Part shown: positions 1 through 10,059 of the stretch, one piece after another
How the letters are laid out: each line of letters opens with the position of its first letter
Numbering within the stretch: the stretch's first letter is position 1
NCBI GenBank assembly: GCA_041660045.1
Contig: JBAZXA010000003.1
Coordinates: 226,320 to 290,319 of the forward strand
Reading direction: 5' to 3'
DNA from: Methylococcaceae bacterium
GTDB taxonomy: Bacteria > Pseudomonadota > Gammaproteobacteria > Methylococcales > Methylomonadaceae
DNA length: 64,000 nt
Notes under the pieces: model-generated
The model's input: the letters and a program-made list of their open reading frames with translations, nothing else
Databases searched by the model: none
Told to the model about the DNA's origin: nothing
Program-made: the position numbers and the translations under genes

Positions 1-105
1 ATAAGAAATTCTACCTTTGTCTGTTTCTGCAAAAACTGGTGTTGAAATGGCAACAGCAGAAGCCGCGATCAGCAAAGATAACAATGCTTTTTTCAAAACT
101 TTCAT
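1..105 (-). CDS. N-terminal fragment of a secreted protein (gene continues past window start)
   Basis: ATG at 105-103 on the minus strand lies 8 nt after a GAGGA Shine-Dalgarno. The translation MKVLKKALLSLLIAASAVAISTPVFAETDKG looks like a signal peptide. The gene is truncated by the window edge. Confidence 0.4.
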   Translation of the reverse strand, partial: MKVLKKALLSLLIAASAVAISTPVFAETDKGRISY

Positions 106-237
106 TTTATTAATCCTCAAGATATTATTTTTTTAAAATCGCATTTGGCTAAATAACAGGCACTAAAAAAGCCAAATAGTCAAACACGTTTGCCATCTTA
201 TCACATTTTAAAATTTACTAATAAACTTAGGGTTAAA

Positions 238-426
238 TTAATCCGCATCTGTTTTTAAATCCACAACAATCTGGTCTTCAAATATAAGCACAGAAAATAA
301 AATAGGGGCGCAGCAAACTTGACAGTCCTCGTAATAACTTTGCTCATCGATGGAAGTATCAATCAACACTGTGATACTTTCCCCACAATACGGGCAGCTA
401 CAAAAATGCTGTTCTTGACCAAACAT
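238..426 (-). CDS. CPXCG-motif cysteine-rich small protein (zinc-ribbon-like)
   Basis: The track ORF is 238-459; I chose the internal ATG (MFGQEQHF...), whose start shares one base with the upstream SDR stop (TAATG). Two Cys pairs are present: CPYCG ... CQVCC. Confidence 0.6.
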   Translation of the reverse strand: MFGQEQHFCSCPYCGESITVLIDTSIDEQSYYEDCQVCCAPILFSVLIFEDQIVVDLKTDAD

Positions 427-1259
427 TATAATATTTTTATTAAAATTGCATCTAAGCAAGCAGTTGGTAAAACGCGCTTTAGAAAAGCAAACAAATAGGT
501 CGGAAAAGTAACGTAGTAACGACGTTTAGGATGTTTGGCTTCAACCGCGTGGATCACTTTTTTAGCAACCGCTAAAGACGGTAAGGTAAACATTGTCGCA
601 GTGCCTGGTTTGCTAAGCCGGTCTTGCATTTTTTGGTACGCTTTTTGATGCACACTTTGACTACTGTCAACATGCTGTTGAAATTGGCTAAAAGCATTTT
701 CCCTGAACTTGCTGATAATCGGACCTGGTTCAATTAAAGAAATATTAATACCAGTTCCTTTCAGTTCTAAGCGTAAAGTATCTGCTAAGCCTTCCAGTGC
801 AAATTTGCTGGCATTGTAAGCTCCTCGAAAAGGCATAGCAACAAATCCCAAGATAGAACTGTTGTAAATAATCCTGCCATAAGCTTGTTTACGCATTAAG
901 GGAATAATTAAGTTTGTGAGTTCATGCGTACCAAAAAAGTTAGTCTCAAACTGGGCACGTAGCACCTCCCGGGATAAATCTTCAACTGCCCCAGGTTGAC
1001 CAAAAGCCGCATTATTAAATAACACATCCAGTTTTCCCTGGGTAATATCAATCACCTGCTTTACAGCTGTTTGTATGCTTAGGCTATCTGCAAGATCTAA
1101 AGCCACAGCAATAAAACCTTCATTAATTAAACGCTGGACATCATCAGGCTGTCTTGCTGTCGCGATAACTTGATGACCCCGTTTTTTTAATTCGACAGCA
1201 GTGGTATAACCAATACCACTAGAACAACCGGTTATTAATATAGTTTGTGCTGAATGCAT
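426..1259 (-). CDS. short-chain dehydrogenase/reductase (SDR) family oxidoreductase
   Basis: TGCSSGIG cofactor-binding motif, NNAA, and a YNASK catalytic Tyr-x3-Lys. Start taken at MHSAQTILITG, 5 nt after the upstream stop. Confidence 0.85.
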   Translation of the reverse strand: MHSAQTILITGCSSGIGYTTAVELKKRGHQVIATARQPDDVQRLINEGFIAVALDLADSLSIQTAVKQVIDITQGKLDVLFNNAAFGQPGAVEDLSREVLRAQFETNFFGTHELTNLIIPLMRKQAYGRIIYNSSILGFVAMPFRGAYNASKFALEGLADTLRLELKGTGINISLIEPGPIISKFRENAFSQFQQHVDSSQSVHQKAYQKMQDRLSKPGTATMFTLPSLAVAKKVIHAVEAKHPKRRYYVTFPTYLFAFLKRVLPTACLDAILIKIL

Positions 1260-1263
1260 TAGC

Positions 1264-1839
1264 TTATTCGGATAATTCTTGCTCGCTAAATTCAAAATTG
1301 TTACCGGTACTACAGTTAATCATAAAGACTAATTTACCTTTATTACTTTTTTTACTCAGTTCAACACCTTCAACACGCTTACAGCTCTTTGTAGTTAAAG
1401 CTTTTTCTGCCGCTAAGCGTCTGAAACGCTCAATTTCTGCCAAGCGATTTTGAAAAGGCTTAACAAGTTCAGGTAGTCCGTTGAGTGAATAGGGCGGTAT
1501 CGCAAAAGAAGAGAACTTTTCCGGGTTATTTTTAATAAGAAACTGATTTTTTGCACTTTCTGCAGCAGCTTGTTGCTTAAGTTGCGTTAATTTATCTTGA
1601 TCTTGCTGTAGTTGTTCTGATTTTTTTTCTTGTTCCGCATTATTTTGCTCAGCTTGTTGTGCTTTTTCGTCCAAGTTAATCCGAATCCCTGTTTTCAGAT
1701 CTAATTCTTCTTTATTTTGGCCATCTAAGCAAGGGCTGGACCGATAAATAGTTTTTCCTTGGTTATCCGTACATTTAAATACACCCGCATAAGCAGGTAC
1801 CATGAGAAAAAGCATGGATAGCCATAATATAAAATGCAT
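1264..1839 (-). CDS. DUF4124-like secreted protein with coiled-coil/Q-rich middle
   Basis: Signal peptide MHFILWLSMLFLMVPAYAG followed by VFKCTDNQGKTIYRSSPC, the typical DUF4124 N-terminus. Start trimmed from the track ORF 1264-1908. Confidence 0.6.
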   Translation of the reverse strand: MHFILWLSMLFLMVPAYAGVFKCTDNQGKTIYRSSPCLDGQNKEELDLKTGIRINLDEKAQQAEQNNAEQEKKSEQLQQDQDKLTQLKQQAAAESAKNQFLIKNNPEKFSSFAIPPYSLNGLPELVKPFQNRLAEIERFRRLAAEKALTTKSCKRVEGVELSKKSNKGKLVFMINCSTGNNFEFSEQELSE

Positions 1840-2268
1840 TGTTTTCCCCAAAATATGATGCTTATAAAAGTATAGGCAATGTTCTGTATCCAATACTGTT
1901 AATAACAATTAAATAAATATCTTTTTAAAAACTTATTATTATTAGTCTTTTAAAATTCCGTGTATAAGTCATTTATTAATAATTATTTCAATAACTTATA
2001 CTACATTATAAACTGCTAAACCTAGCCTTTAAAAGCTGTGTTTGCTTTGTGGATAAAACGGCATGTGTTATTCAAACACCTTTAATACACAGCTTATCCC
2101 GTTGTAATTAACAATTTATGCTATGTTGCCTTAGCACTTATCTGTACTAAAATAGGGAACCTTTTTTTATAAACGTTGTTTTTACAGTAATAATCACTTT
2201 TCTATGCGCAGGTCTATTTTTAGCTTGATAGGCTGGTTACTCATGATGGATAAAAACATAACAGGATC

Positions 2269-3252
2269 ATGTCAGAACAAAACCTAAACCAATTGGCTTT
2301 AATACGTTTAAAAAACTTTATTCAACAAGAAATTATTGGCCAAGACATTTTGGTGGAAAGAATGTTGATCGGTTTATTAGCTGATGGTCATATCCTTGTT
2401 GAAGGTGCACCAGGACTAGCTAAAACTAGAGCCATAAATATTTTAAGCAAAGGCATACATGCTGATTTTCACCGTGTGCAATTTACCCCGGATTTATTAC
2501 CAGCTGATTTAACGGGTACAGAAATTTATCGGCCGCAACAAGGCACGTTTGAATTTCAAAAAGGCCCGTTATTCCATAATTTAATTTTAGCCGATGAAAT
2601 CAATCGTGCGCCGGCAAAAGTACAGTCTGCACTTTTGGAGGCAATGGCAGAAAGGCAAATTACAGTCGGTCAAGCCACGTATGCATTACCAAAATTGTTT
2701 ATGGTGATGGCGACACAAAACCCAATAGAACAAGAAGGCACATATCCTTTACCAGAAGCGCAATTGGACCGGTTTTTATTACATATCAAAATTGATTACC
2801 CTAAAGCAGAACATGAAAAAGATATTTTGCGTTTAGCGAGAAAGGAAGCTAAACAAGAAACCGTTGTTAAAATTAATTCAGCTTTCGAAAGTCTACAACA
2901 AGGTGTTTTATTTGCAGCCAGAAATGAAATTTTAGAATTATATATGGCTGAAAATCTTGAAGATTATTTATTGCAGATCATCTTGGCAACACGTAACCCT
3001 GCAGCTTATGGCAAAGATTTAGCGGCTTGGTTGCAATATGGTGCTAGCCCACGGGCGAGTATTGCCTTGGACCGCTGTGCCAGGGCTAAAGCTTGGTTAG
3101 CGCAACGGGATTTTGTGACCCCGGAAGATATTCAAGATATTGCTTTTGATGTGTTACGGCACCGTTTGATTTTATCTTATGAAGCGGAAGCTGAAGGGAT
3201 AACCACAGATCATTGTATTAAAGAGTTAATTGCCAGAATTGCTGTCCCTTAA
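2269..3252 (+). CDS. MoxR-family AAA+ ATPase
   Basis: Walker A GAPGLAKT and Walker B LILADEINRA. Length (327 aa) and end-to-end sequence are typical of MoxR. It is the first gene of a Bat-type operon. Confidence 0.9.
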   Translation: MSEQNLNQLALIRLKNFIQQEIIGQDILVERMLIGLLADGHILVEGAPGLAKTRAINILSKGIHADFHRVQFTPDLLPADLTGTEIYRPQQGTFEFQKGPLFHNLILADEINRAPAKVQSALLEAMAERQITVGQATYALPKLFMVMATQNPIEQEGTYPLPEAQLDRFLLHIKIDYPKAEHEKDILRLARKEAKQETVVKINSAFESLQQGVLFAARNEILELYMAENLEDYLLQIILATRNPAAYGKDLAAWLQYGASPRASIALDRCARAKAWLAQRDFVTPEDIQDIAFDVLRHRLILSYEAEAEGITTDHCIKELIARIAVP

Positions 3253-4175
3253 TGTTATTTGATAGTGTTAGCCAACAAAACAAAATAGAAACTCAAGATC
3301 GGGTTGCTATACGCTTAAAAACGTTAATTGCTTTAGCCCAAATAGCCAGTAACTTAAATTTACGCCAGTCTAAAATCAATGCCCAAGAAGGTGGTGCCTA
3401 TGTTTCTCGCTTGAAAGGACGAGGCATGGAATTTGACGAAGCCCGTTTATATCAACCTGGTGATGATATCCGAAGCATAGATTGGAAAGTGACTGCGCGT
3501 AGTGGTAAAACCCATACTAAGCTTTTTCGTGAAGAACGTGAAAAACCTGTTTTTATTTCAGTGGATTACCGTTTAAACATGCACTTTGCCACGCGAGGTG
3601 TTTTCAAATCGGTACTGGCTGCTAAGTTAGCGGGACTTTTAGCATGGGGAGCCCAATATCAAGGTGATAGAATAGGCGGGCAAATATTTTCTGATTTTGA
3701 ATGCACAGAATTAAAACCCCAAAATGGTAAGCATGCGGTCTTGCGTTTTTTAAATGCCTTGGTGAAGGCACAAGCGTCAACAGGCAGCCCGATTAGTTTT
3801 GAGCATGTGTTAGCTAGATTAGTGCAACACACCAGACCTGGTAGCCAAATTTACATCATTAGTGATTTTCGTGGGATTAACCCTAAAGCAGAACTTTTTT
3901 TAGCCCGCATCGCGCAGCACTGTCAGGTTAATCTGCTTATGGTATATGATCCCTTAGAGCAAGCTTTACCCACCCAAGGCCGTTACCGATTTACCGATAC
4001 CATGCGTGATGTTGTGGTGGATGCCGCTGATCAAAAAAAATTATCAGATTATCATCAACGCTTTGTAAAGCATCAACAAACTGTGCAAACATTAGCAAAA
4101 AAATTAGGTTTAGGTTTTATAGAATGTAGCACGATTGATGATCCACTGATGTGTTTGCAATTTCGTTACCGATAA
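3252..4175 (+). CDS. DUF58 domain protein (MoxR-associated, vWA-like)
   Basis: The RLKGRGMEFDEARLYQPGDDIRSIDWKVTAR motif is characteristic of DUF58. The start overlaps the moxR stop (TAATG). Confidence 0.85.
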   Translation: MLFDSVSQQNKIETQDRVAIRLKTLIALAQIASNLNLRQSKINAQEGGAYVSRLKGRGMEFDEARLYQPGDDIRSIDWKVTARSGKTHTKLFREEREKPVFISVDYRLNMHFATRGVFKSVLAAKLAGLLAWGAQYQGDRIGGQIFSDFECTELKPQNGKHAVLRFLNALVKAQASTGSPISFEHVLARLVQHTRPGSQIYIISDFRGINPKAELFLARIAQHCQVNLLMVYDPLEQALPTQGRYRFTDTMRDVVVDAADQKKLSDYHQRFVKHQQTVQTLAKKLGLGFIECSTIDDPLMCLQFRYR

Positions 4176-4181
4176 GTTGTT

Positions 4182-4667
4182 ATGGATGACGCCGCCACTT
4201 TAGCTTTAAAAGATATTCATTTACCGGGTGCAAATAGCTGGTTTCCAGAATTGATACGTTGGTGGCCACCGGCTATAGGCTGGTGGTTACTGCTGATTTT
4301 AGTGATTTTTATAATTTGGATTTTAAAACGTTTAACCCGTAAAACAGCAATAAAATCCGCAAAAGCAATATTAGTGGCAATTCAGCTAAATAAGGCGATG
4401 AGCACTTCGCAAAAATTGGCTGAATTATGTGTATTGATTAGGCGAGTCGCCATGCATGTTTCGCCAAGACAGCAAGTGGCCAGTTTAACCGGCGCAGCTT
4501 GGTTAGCCTATTTAGATAATTCAGTCAAACATGCACCTTTTAGCACAGGCATAGGCCAATATTTAGGCGATGCACATTATCAACCTAGTCAGATTAGCGA
4601 TGCAGAATTAGGTCAATTATTTGGCCTTTGCGAAACCTGGTTAAAAGCCCAAAACAAACACATATGA
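4182..4667 (+). CDS. DUF4381-like membrane protein of Bat operon
   Basis: One TM helix (WWLLLILVIFIIWIL), at the canonical position between the DUF58 and BatA genes. Confidence 0.6.
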   Translation: MDDAATLALKDIHLPGANSWFPELIRWWPPAIGWWLLLILVIFIIWILKRLTRKTAIKSAKAILVAIQLNKAMSTSQKLAELCVLIRRVAMHVSPRQQVASLTGAAWLAYLDNSVKHAPFSTGIGQYLGDAHYQPSQISDAELGQLFGLCETWLKAQNKHI

Positions 4668-5644
4668 TTCATTTTGAATGGATTTGGCTATTGTTGGCTT
4701 TACCCTTACCGTTATTTAGTCGCTTCTTATTACCAACCGAGATACCTGTAGAACAAGCGGCTTTAAAAGTCCCGTTTTTGGAAGACTTTAGCGGTGGTGA
4801 AAGCCATCTAGTTAGCCAAAAACAACAATGGCCTATGTTGTTGGCGGTTATCGCATGGATATTACTGGTGCTTGCCTGTGCAAGGCCTCAATGGTTAGGG
4901 GATCCCATAGAACAAGCGGTCAGCGGCCGAGATTTAATGTTGGCCGTTGACTTATCAGGCAGTATGGATGCCCAAGATTTTATGATTAATCAAGATACCG
5001 TTGATAGGTTAACAGCAACTAAATGGGTGGCAGGTGATTTTATTAATCGCCGAGTTGGTGACCGTATCGGCTTAATCTTATTCGGCAGCCAAGCCTATTT
5101 ACAAACCCCGCTAACGTTTGACCGGAAAACAGTGAACACCCTGTTATATGAATCGGCCATCGGTTTAGCAGGTGATAATACCGCTATAGGTGATGCCATC
5201 GGTTTAGCGGTCAAGCGCTTACAAAGCCAAACGACGGACAGCAAAGTTTTAATTTTAATGACTGATGGTGCTAATACAGCCGGTGAAGTGTCGCCATTAA
5301 AAGCGGCTGAATTAGCCGCTGAAAACCATTTAAAGATTTACACTATTGGGATAGGGGCTGATGAAATGATGGTACGCAGCTTTTTTGGTTCACACAAAGT
5401 CAACCCCTCACAAGATTTGGACGAAAAAACCCTAACCCAAATTGCAGAAAAAACCGGTGGTGTTTATTTTAGGGCGAGAAATTCGGAAGAATTAAATAAA
5501 ATTTACCATTTGCTGGATGAAATGGAACCAGTAGAGAAAGACAAACAATATTTTCGGCCCACGCAAGAACTCTATTATTGGCCTTTAGCGATTTCGATAA
5601 CACTGTTTGCGATTATTATCTTATCCCGCTTAGGTAGTTCATGA
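4664..5644 (+). CDS. batA: VWA-domain membrane protein, BatA-like
   Basis: N-terminal TM helices, a VWA MIDAS motif (DLSGSM) and a C-terminal TM. The ATG at 4664 overlaps the upstream stop (ATGA). Confidence 0.8.
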   Translation: MIHFEWIWLLLALPLPLFSRFLLPTEIPVEQAALKVPFLEDFSGGESHLVSQKQQWPMLLAVIAWILLVLACARPQWLGDPIEQAVSGRDLMLAVDLSGSMDAQDFMINQDTVDRLTATKWVAGDFINRRVGDRIGLILFGSQAYLQTPLTFDRKTVNTLLYESAIGLAGDNTAIGDAIGLAVKRLQSQTTDSKVLILMTDGANTAGEVSPLKAAELAAENHLKIYTIGIGADEMMVRSFFGSHKVNPSQDLDEKTLTQIAEKTGGVYFRARNSEELNKIYHLLDEMEPVEKDKQYFRPTQELYYWPLAISITLFAIIILSRLGSS

Positions 5645-7479
5645 ATCCAGAGTTTCATTTTATACGGCCACTCTGGTTACTGGCATTAATCCCTTATGCC
5701 ATTCTTATCGTGTTGTCTTTAAAGCACAAACTTAAACAAGGCAATTGGTCTGTTATCTGTGATGCCGAACTATTACCCTTTTTATTAGAAACTCAACCCG
5801 TGTTAGCCAAACGCTGGCAATTAACACTAGGGGCGATTGCCGCTTTATTCACCATCTTTGCGTTAGCAGGGCCAACCTGGCAGCGCTTGCCAGCACCGGT
5901 ATTTCGCAATGATTCAGCTTTAGTGATTGCTTTAGATTTATCGTTGTCAATGAACGCGACGGATATTAAACCAAGTCGTTTGATCCGTGCCCGTTACAAA
6001 ATAGCAGATATCTTAACCCATCGAAAAGAAGGTCAATCAGCATTACTTGTCTATGCAGGAGATGCTTTTACGGTGACGCCATTAACTGATGATAAGCAAA
6101 CAATTATCAGCCAATTAGAAGCTTTAAACACCAATATTATGCCTAACCAAGGCAATAATACGATACAAGCTTTAGCAAAAGCCACTGATTTGCTTAAACA
6201 AGCGGCTTTACAAAAAGGCACTATCTTGCTGGTAACCGATGGCGTAGATTTGAACGCTACCTTACCTGCCATTAAAGCGTTAGCAGATTACCGTTTATCA
6301 GTATTGGCTGTAGGCACGGAAGATGGCGCGCCGATAGCCGCAGGCGCTGGCGGTTTTGTTAAAGATGACAACGGTGAAATAGTTATACCCAGGCTTAATG
6401 TTAAAGAACTTAAACAAGTCGCACTCGAAGGGCATGGTGATTTTCAATTACTTAGCAGTAATGACCAAGATGTGCAAAACATCTTAGCCAGTATTGATAC
6501 ATCTAGCTCCCGTCAAGGTCAGGAGAAAAAAGACCTGTTATTGGAACAATGGGATGACAAAGGGCCTTGGCTATTATTGTTGGTTTTACCATTAGCAGCG
6601 CTATTGTTTAGAAGAGGTTTGATTATTTTTTTAGGTTTAATCGTGTTGCCTTGGCCCCAACCTAGCCAGGCTTTGACGTGGGACGATTTATGGCAAACCA
6701 AAAATCAACAGGCGTATCAGGCCTTTAAAAAAGGCGATTATCCTGTTGCTGCGGAAAAATTTGAAAACCCAGATTGGAAAGCTGCTGCGCAATACAAGGC
6801 GGGACAGTTTAAAGAGGCTTTGGAAAACTTACAAACGCCAAATAGCGCAGACAGCTACTATAATCAAGGTAATGCCTTGGCAAAAGCCGGCCAATTACCT
6901 GAGGCCATTAAAGCATATGAACAAGCGTTGGCACTAAAGCCCAATGATGAAGATGCCAAATACAACAAAGAATTGGTTGAAAAAGCGTTAGAAAAACAAC
7001 AACAAGAAGCAAATAAAGAGCAAAACAAAGACAATAAACAAGCTAATAAGAAGGATCAAGAATCACAGGATTCTAAAGACAAAGGGCAACAGCAGCAAGC
7101 ACAAAACGGCGAAAAAACCGATTCGGCAGATCAACAAGGGCAATCTGGAGAATCTGACCAGCAACCTAAGGCTTCGGAACAACAGCCATCACAAGACCAA
7201 AACAATCAGCAGCATCAACAAACCCAAACTGAACCCAGCCAAGCCCAACAAAAGCCTACTGCTGATCAAGCTGCCGAACAGGCACAAGAAACTCAAGGTG
7301 AGCAAAGCAAGGCAAAACCAACGTTAACTGAACAAGAAAGCCATGATGAAAATCAACAAGCCAACCAACAATGGTTAAACCGTATTCCAGATAATCCGGC
7401 AGGCCTGTTAAAACGTAAGTTTTTATATCAATACAGCCAACAAGAAAGGCAAAAGTCAGGAAAGCCTAAGCAGTGGTAA
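5641..7479 (+). CDS. batB: VWA + TPR fusion protein, BatB/BatC-like, with Q/K/E-rich low-complexity tail
   Basis: MIDAS motif DLSLSM, a TPR segment (YYNQGNALAKAGQLPEAIKAYEQALALKPNDEDAKYN), a Q-rich tail from about 6950 to 7330, and the conserved end QQWLNRIPDNPAGLLKRKF. Confidence 0.8.
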   Translation: MNPEFHFIRPLWLLALIPYAILIVLSLKHKLKQGNWSVICDAELLPFLLETQPVLAKRWQLTLGAIAALFTIFALAGPTWQRLPAPVFRNDSALVIALDLSLSMNATDIKPSRLIRARYKIADILTHRKEGQSALLVYAGDAFTVTPLTDDKQTIISQLEALNTNIMPNQGNNTIQALAKATDLLKQAALQKGTILLVTDGVDLNATLPAIKALADYRLSVLAVGTEDGAPIAAGAGGFVKDDNGEIVIPRLNVKELKQVALEGHGDFQLLSSNDQDVQNILASIDTSSSRQGQEKKDLLLEQWDDKGPWLLLLVLPLAALLFRRGLIIFLGLIVLPWPQPSQALTWDDLWQTKNQQAYQAFKKGDYPVAAEKFENPDWKAAAQYKAGQFKEALENLQTPNSADSYYNQGNALAKAGQLPEAIKAYEQALALKPNDEDAKYNKELVEKALEKQQQEANKEQNKDNKQANKKDQESQDSKDKGQQQQAQNGEKTDSADQQGQSGESDQQPKASEQQPSQDQNNQQHQQTQTEPSQAQQKPTADQAAEQAQETQGEQSKAKPTLTEQESHDENQQANQQWLNRIPDNPAGLLKRKFLYQYSQQERQKSGKPKQW

Positions 7480-7562
7480 CTTTTTGTATGGGTATATAGC
7501 CATGGGCCATACATATAGTAAAGAATTGAAGCAGTTTTTTAAAACTTTATAGTTAGGTTGAT

Positions 7563-8303
7563 ATGATAAAAAACGCTGACACCCTTAGAAAGTTATTACG
7601 GTATTGGTTCCGTCCATTGAGGACAACACCACTACATCCCCAATGGTTGGTATCACTGTTAGGAAAAAAAAGAGGAGCTTGGATTTCCCAACGGGCCAAA
7701 GGGCAAGTCCTTGATGTTGGTTGTGCCGATTGTTCCATCCACTTATTGCTGACTTGTGAAAGTTATATTGGAATTGATTTTCCAACAACGGCTAATAATT
7801 TGTATGGTACAAAACCTAATGTTTTTGCAAATGCCAGTCACTTACCCTTTGTTGACTCCTGCTTTGATAGTGTGCTCATGTTGGATGTTTTAGAACACCT
7901 AGCTGAGCCAGAATTGGCCTTGCATGAGGCATTTAGGTCACTGCGTAGTGGTGGTATACTTTTATTAACCATACCTTTTGCTTATCCGTTACATGATCAA
8001 CCCTATGACTATCAACGGTATACTGAGCATGGAATAGCTCAGCGGTTAAAACAAGCTGGTTTTTGCAAAATTATTGTAGAGGAGCAAGGTTTAGCGATAC
8101 AGGCGGCTACCAGCCTACTTGTGCTAACACTTACGCAAGCGTGCATTGAAGCAATCGCGCAAAAAAGTTGGCGGGTATTTTTTGTACCCTTGATAGTATT
8201 ATCACTACCTTTTATTAATGTATTTGGCTGGCTTATTTCCACTTTATACCCAGTTCATCACTTAATGCCTAGCGCTTATTATGTACAAGCGCAGCGAGGC
8301 TAA
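7563..8303 (+). CDS. class I SAM-dependent methyltransferase with hydrophobic C-terminus
   Basis: Motif I VLDVGCADC and the Methyltransf_11-like LMLDVLEHL segment. The C-terminus has predicted TM helices. Confidence 0.7.
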   Translation: MIKNADTLRKLLRYWFRPLRTTPLHPQWLVSLLGKKRGAWISQRAKGQVLDVGCADCSIHLLLTCESYIGIDFPTTANNLYGTKPNVFANASHLPFVDSCFDSVLMLDVLEHLAEPELALHEAFRSLRSGGILLLTIPFAYPLHDQPYDYQRYTEHGIAQRLKQAGFCKIIVEEQGLAIQAATSLLVLTLTQACIEAIAQKSWRVFFVPLIVLSLPFINVFGWLISTLYPVHHLMPSAYYVQAQRG

Positions 8304-8350
8304 GTAGCCATAATTTACCGTTTACGCTATAAATTAAATAAAATAAAAAA

Positions 8351-8378
8351 AGCCCACATAGCTTGATAGATATGTGGG
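8351..8378. terminator. bidirectional rho-independent terminator between convergent genes
   Basis: Perfect 9-bp stem GCCCACATA / TATGTGGGC, with an A-run on the 5' side and a T-run on the 3' side. Confidence 0.75.
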
Positions 8379-8475
8379 CTTTTTATTTAAGGCTTAACCA
8401 AACGAGTTGGTTAAGCCACAGATGAACTCAGTTTAAATACGCAACTAGTTATTACGTAATAAACTAACTCATGTT

Positions 8476-10059
8476 TTAGTCATCATGGTCATCATTATCG
8501 TAGTTGTCTTCATTACGATTTTTTAAAGGTTTAAAGGCATGTCCGTATACATAGTTACCAACGTTATTACCTTGGGTAATACCACTTGTTTTATCAAATA
8601 CCCAATGGATACCTAGATAAATACGGCTTTGACCATTTTCTTCCTCAGCTTGTGACAATGTGGAGAAACTTCTTGGTTTTAAAGGACGTACATTACCACT
8701 GCGATCTTTGTTAACACCATTAAACTCATCCGATACAAAGGTAAAAGGAATATTGTCAGTGCCGTAGAAGTTACGCAAGGTTTGGAACAATGCGCCACCA
8801 AATGTAGCATGACCTGATGGGTATGCTGGGAAAGGTGGAGTAAAGTTAGGGCCTGTTAAGTTTGTAGCTTGGCCGCCTAATGGTGAGAAAGCAACATCTG
8901 GTGCAGTGTTAGCGTTGCCGTCTGTATCGCCTTCACGGATACCACCAATTGGGCGCCAGTATTGGTAATACCATTTTGAATCCCAGCTAGCAATACCCGC
9001 ATCTGCTAATGATGTGTTGACTAAAGCTAAGAGTCTAGCCAATTTAAGGGCGTTGTTAGTACCTTTAACCTTAGAGATTTTAATGGCAATTTGGTTATAC
9101 AATCTTGGTGGTGCGCATAGGCTAGGGACACCGTCATAAGCCCAGAATATGCCAGCTTCCGTTTGATCTTGGTTACGGATAGTTGGTGTAGAAATACCAT
9201 CACCGCCTAGTGCTTTAACTTCATTATAAGCTGCAGTATATTCTGCACTGTTTAATGCTGGTGGTGGTGGTAAACGGAATTGGCTGCCTGATGTCATTAC
9301 AAAAGGTTGTACTTCACCCCAATGGACACCTAAAGCGATAGGAACTAAACTGATAGGGTCTTGTCTCCAATAACCTGGGGCTGGGTTGGTAACAAAAGTA
9401 CCGCCAGCTGTACTTAGTCTTTCTTCAGTAATTGCGGATTGGTCATTAATACGTAAAGCTAAAATGCTGGTAGCTGCCAATTTACCTAATTCAATACCAC
9501 GTTTTTTTTGCTTAGTATTTGGGATTTGACCTAAATCTAATGCCAATTGGGTATCAAATGTTGCAGTTTGTGAAGGGTATAAGGTAACTAAAGCATCATG
9601 GGCGGCTTGTGCGATGGCGGCTCTTCTGCTAGTTGCTTGCTTAACTGGTGTTAAACCAGAATAGCTTTCATATTTGTTGTCGATGGCGTTTAAGGCATCA
9701 AACATAGCAATATGGATAATACCCATAGCACGGCTGGCGCGGGTGGGGCCTAATTGTTCGCCGAAAATACGGGAATCGCCTGGTGCTACAGGAGTATGGT
9801 CTAAACCAGTGGCATCTAATGCTATACGGTTCCAGTTTCGCAAGTAATTTGTTGGTGAATTGGCAACGCGGCCAGTTTTAACATAGGCTTTTTCGAAATT
9901 GTCGTAGAATTGTGATTCGGTATCAAAATGATTACCAAGAGCTTCTTTTGCGCCGCCTTCGAAACCTTTAAATTCTTTAGACCATGCCGGTGCCGTTGCG
10001 CACAAGCTACTAACGGCTACGGCTAAAACAGCCAGCCGTTGAAACAGTTTAACTTTCAT
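8476..10059 (-). CDS. secreted PAP2-superfamily / vanadium-dependent haloperoxidase-like protein (paralogue A)
   Basis: Signal peptide MKVKLFQRLAVLAVAVSSLCATAPAWS. All three family motifs are present: KWYYQYWRP (K-x6-RP), PAYPSGHATFGG and SRIYLGIHWVFD. Confidence 0.8.
   Translation of the reverse strand: MKVKLFQRLAVLAVAVSSLCATAPAWSKEFKGFEGGAKEALGNHFDTESQFYDNFEKAYVKTGRVANSPTNYLRNWNRIALDATGLDHTPVAPGDSRIFGEQLGPTRASRAMGIIHIAMFDALNAIDNKYESYSGLTPVKQATSRRAAIAQAAHDALVTLYPSQTATFDTQLALDLGQIPNTKQKKRGIELGKLAATSILALRINDQSAITEERLSTAGGTFVTNPAPGYWRQDPISLVPIALGVHWGEVQPFVMTSGSQFRLPPPPALNSAEYTAAYNEVKALGGDGISTPTIRNQDQTEAGIFWAYDGVPSLCAPPRLYNQIAIKISKVKGTNNALKLARLLALVNTSLADAGIASWDSKWYYQYWRPIGGIREGDTDGNANTAPDVAFSPLGGQATNLTGPNFTPPFPAYPSGHATFGGALFQTLRNFYGTDNIPFTFVSDEFNGVNKDRSGNVRPLKPRSFSTLSQAEEENGQSRIYLGIHWVFDKTSGITQGNNVGNYVYGHAFKPLKNRNEDNYDNDDHDD

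Noticed and set aside
1909-2268. An AT-rich 360-bp spacer with one perfect DnaA box (2048-2056) and several 6-7/9 matches, considered as a possible oriC.
   Set aside because: It has only a single perfect box, no recognisable 13-mer DUE array, and a gene context (DUF4124 / moxR) not associated with origins. I kept it as a note under the oriC finding.
6950-7330. Q/K/E-rich low-complexity DNA at the 3' end of the batB-like gene, considered as a possible repeat element or separate gene.
   Set aside because: The reading frame is continuous, and it ends in the conserved BatB/BatC C-terminal motif (QQWLNRIPDNPAGLLKRKF). There is compositional bias but no exact tandem unit.
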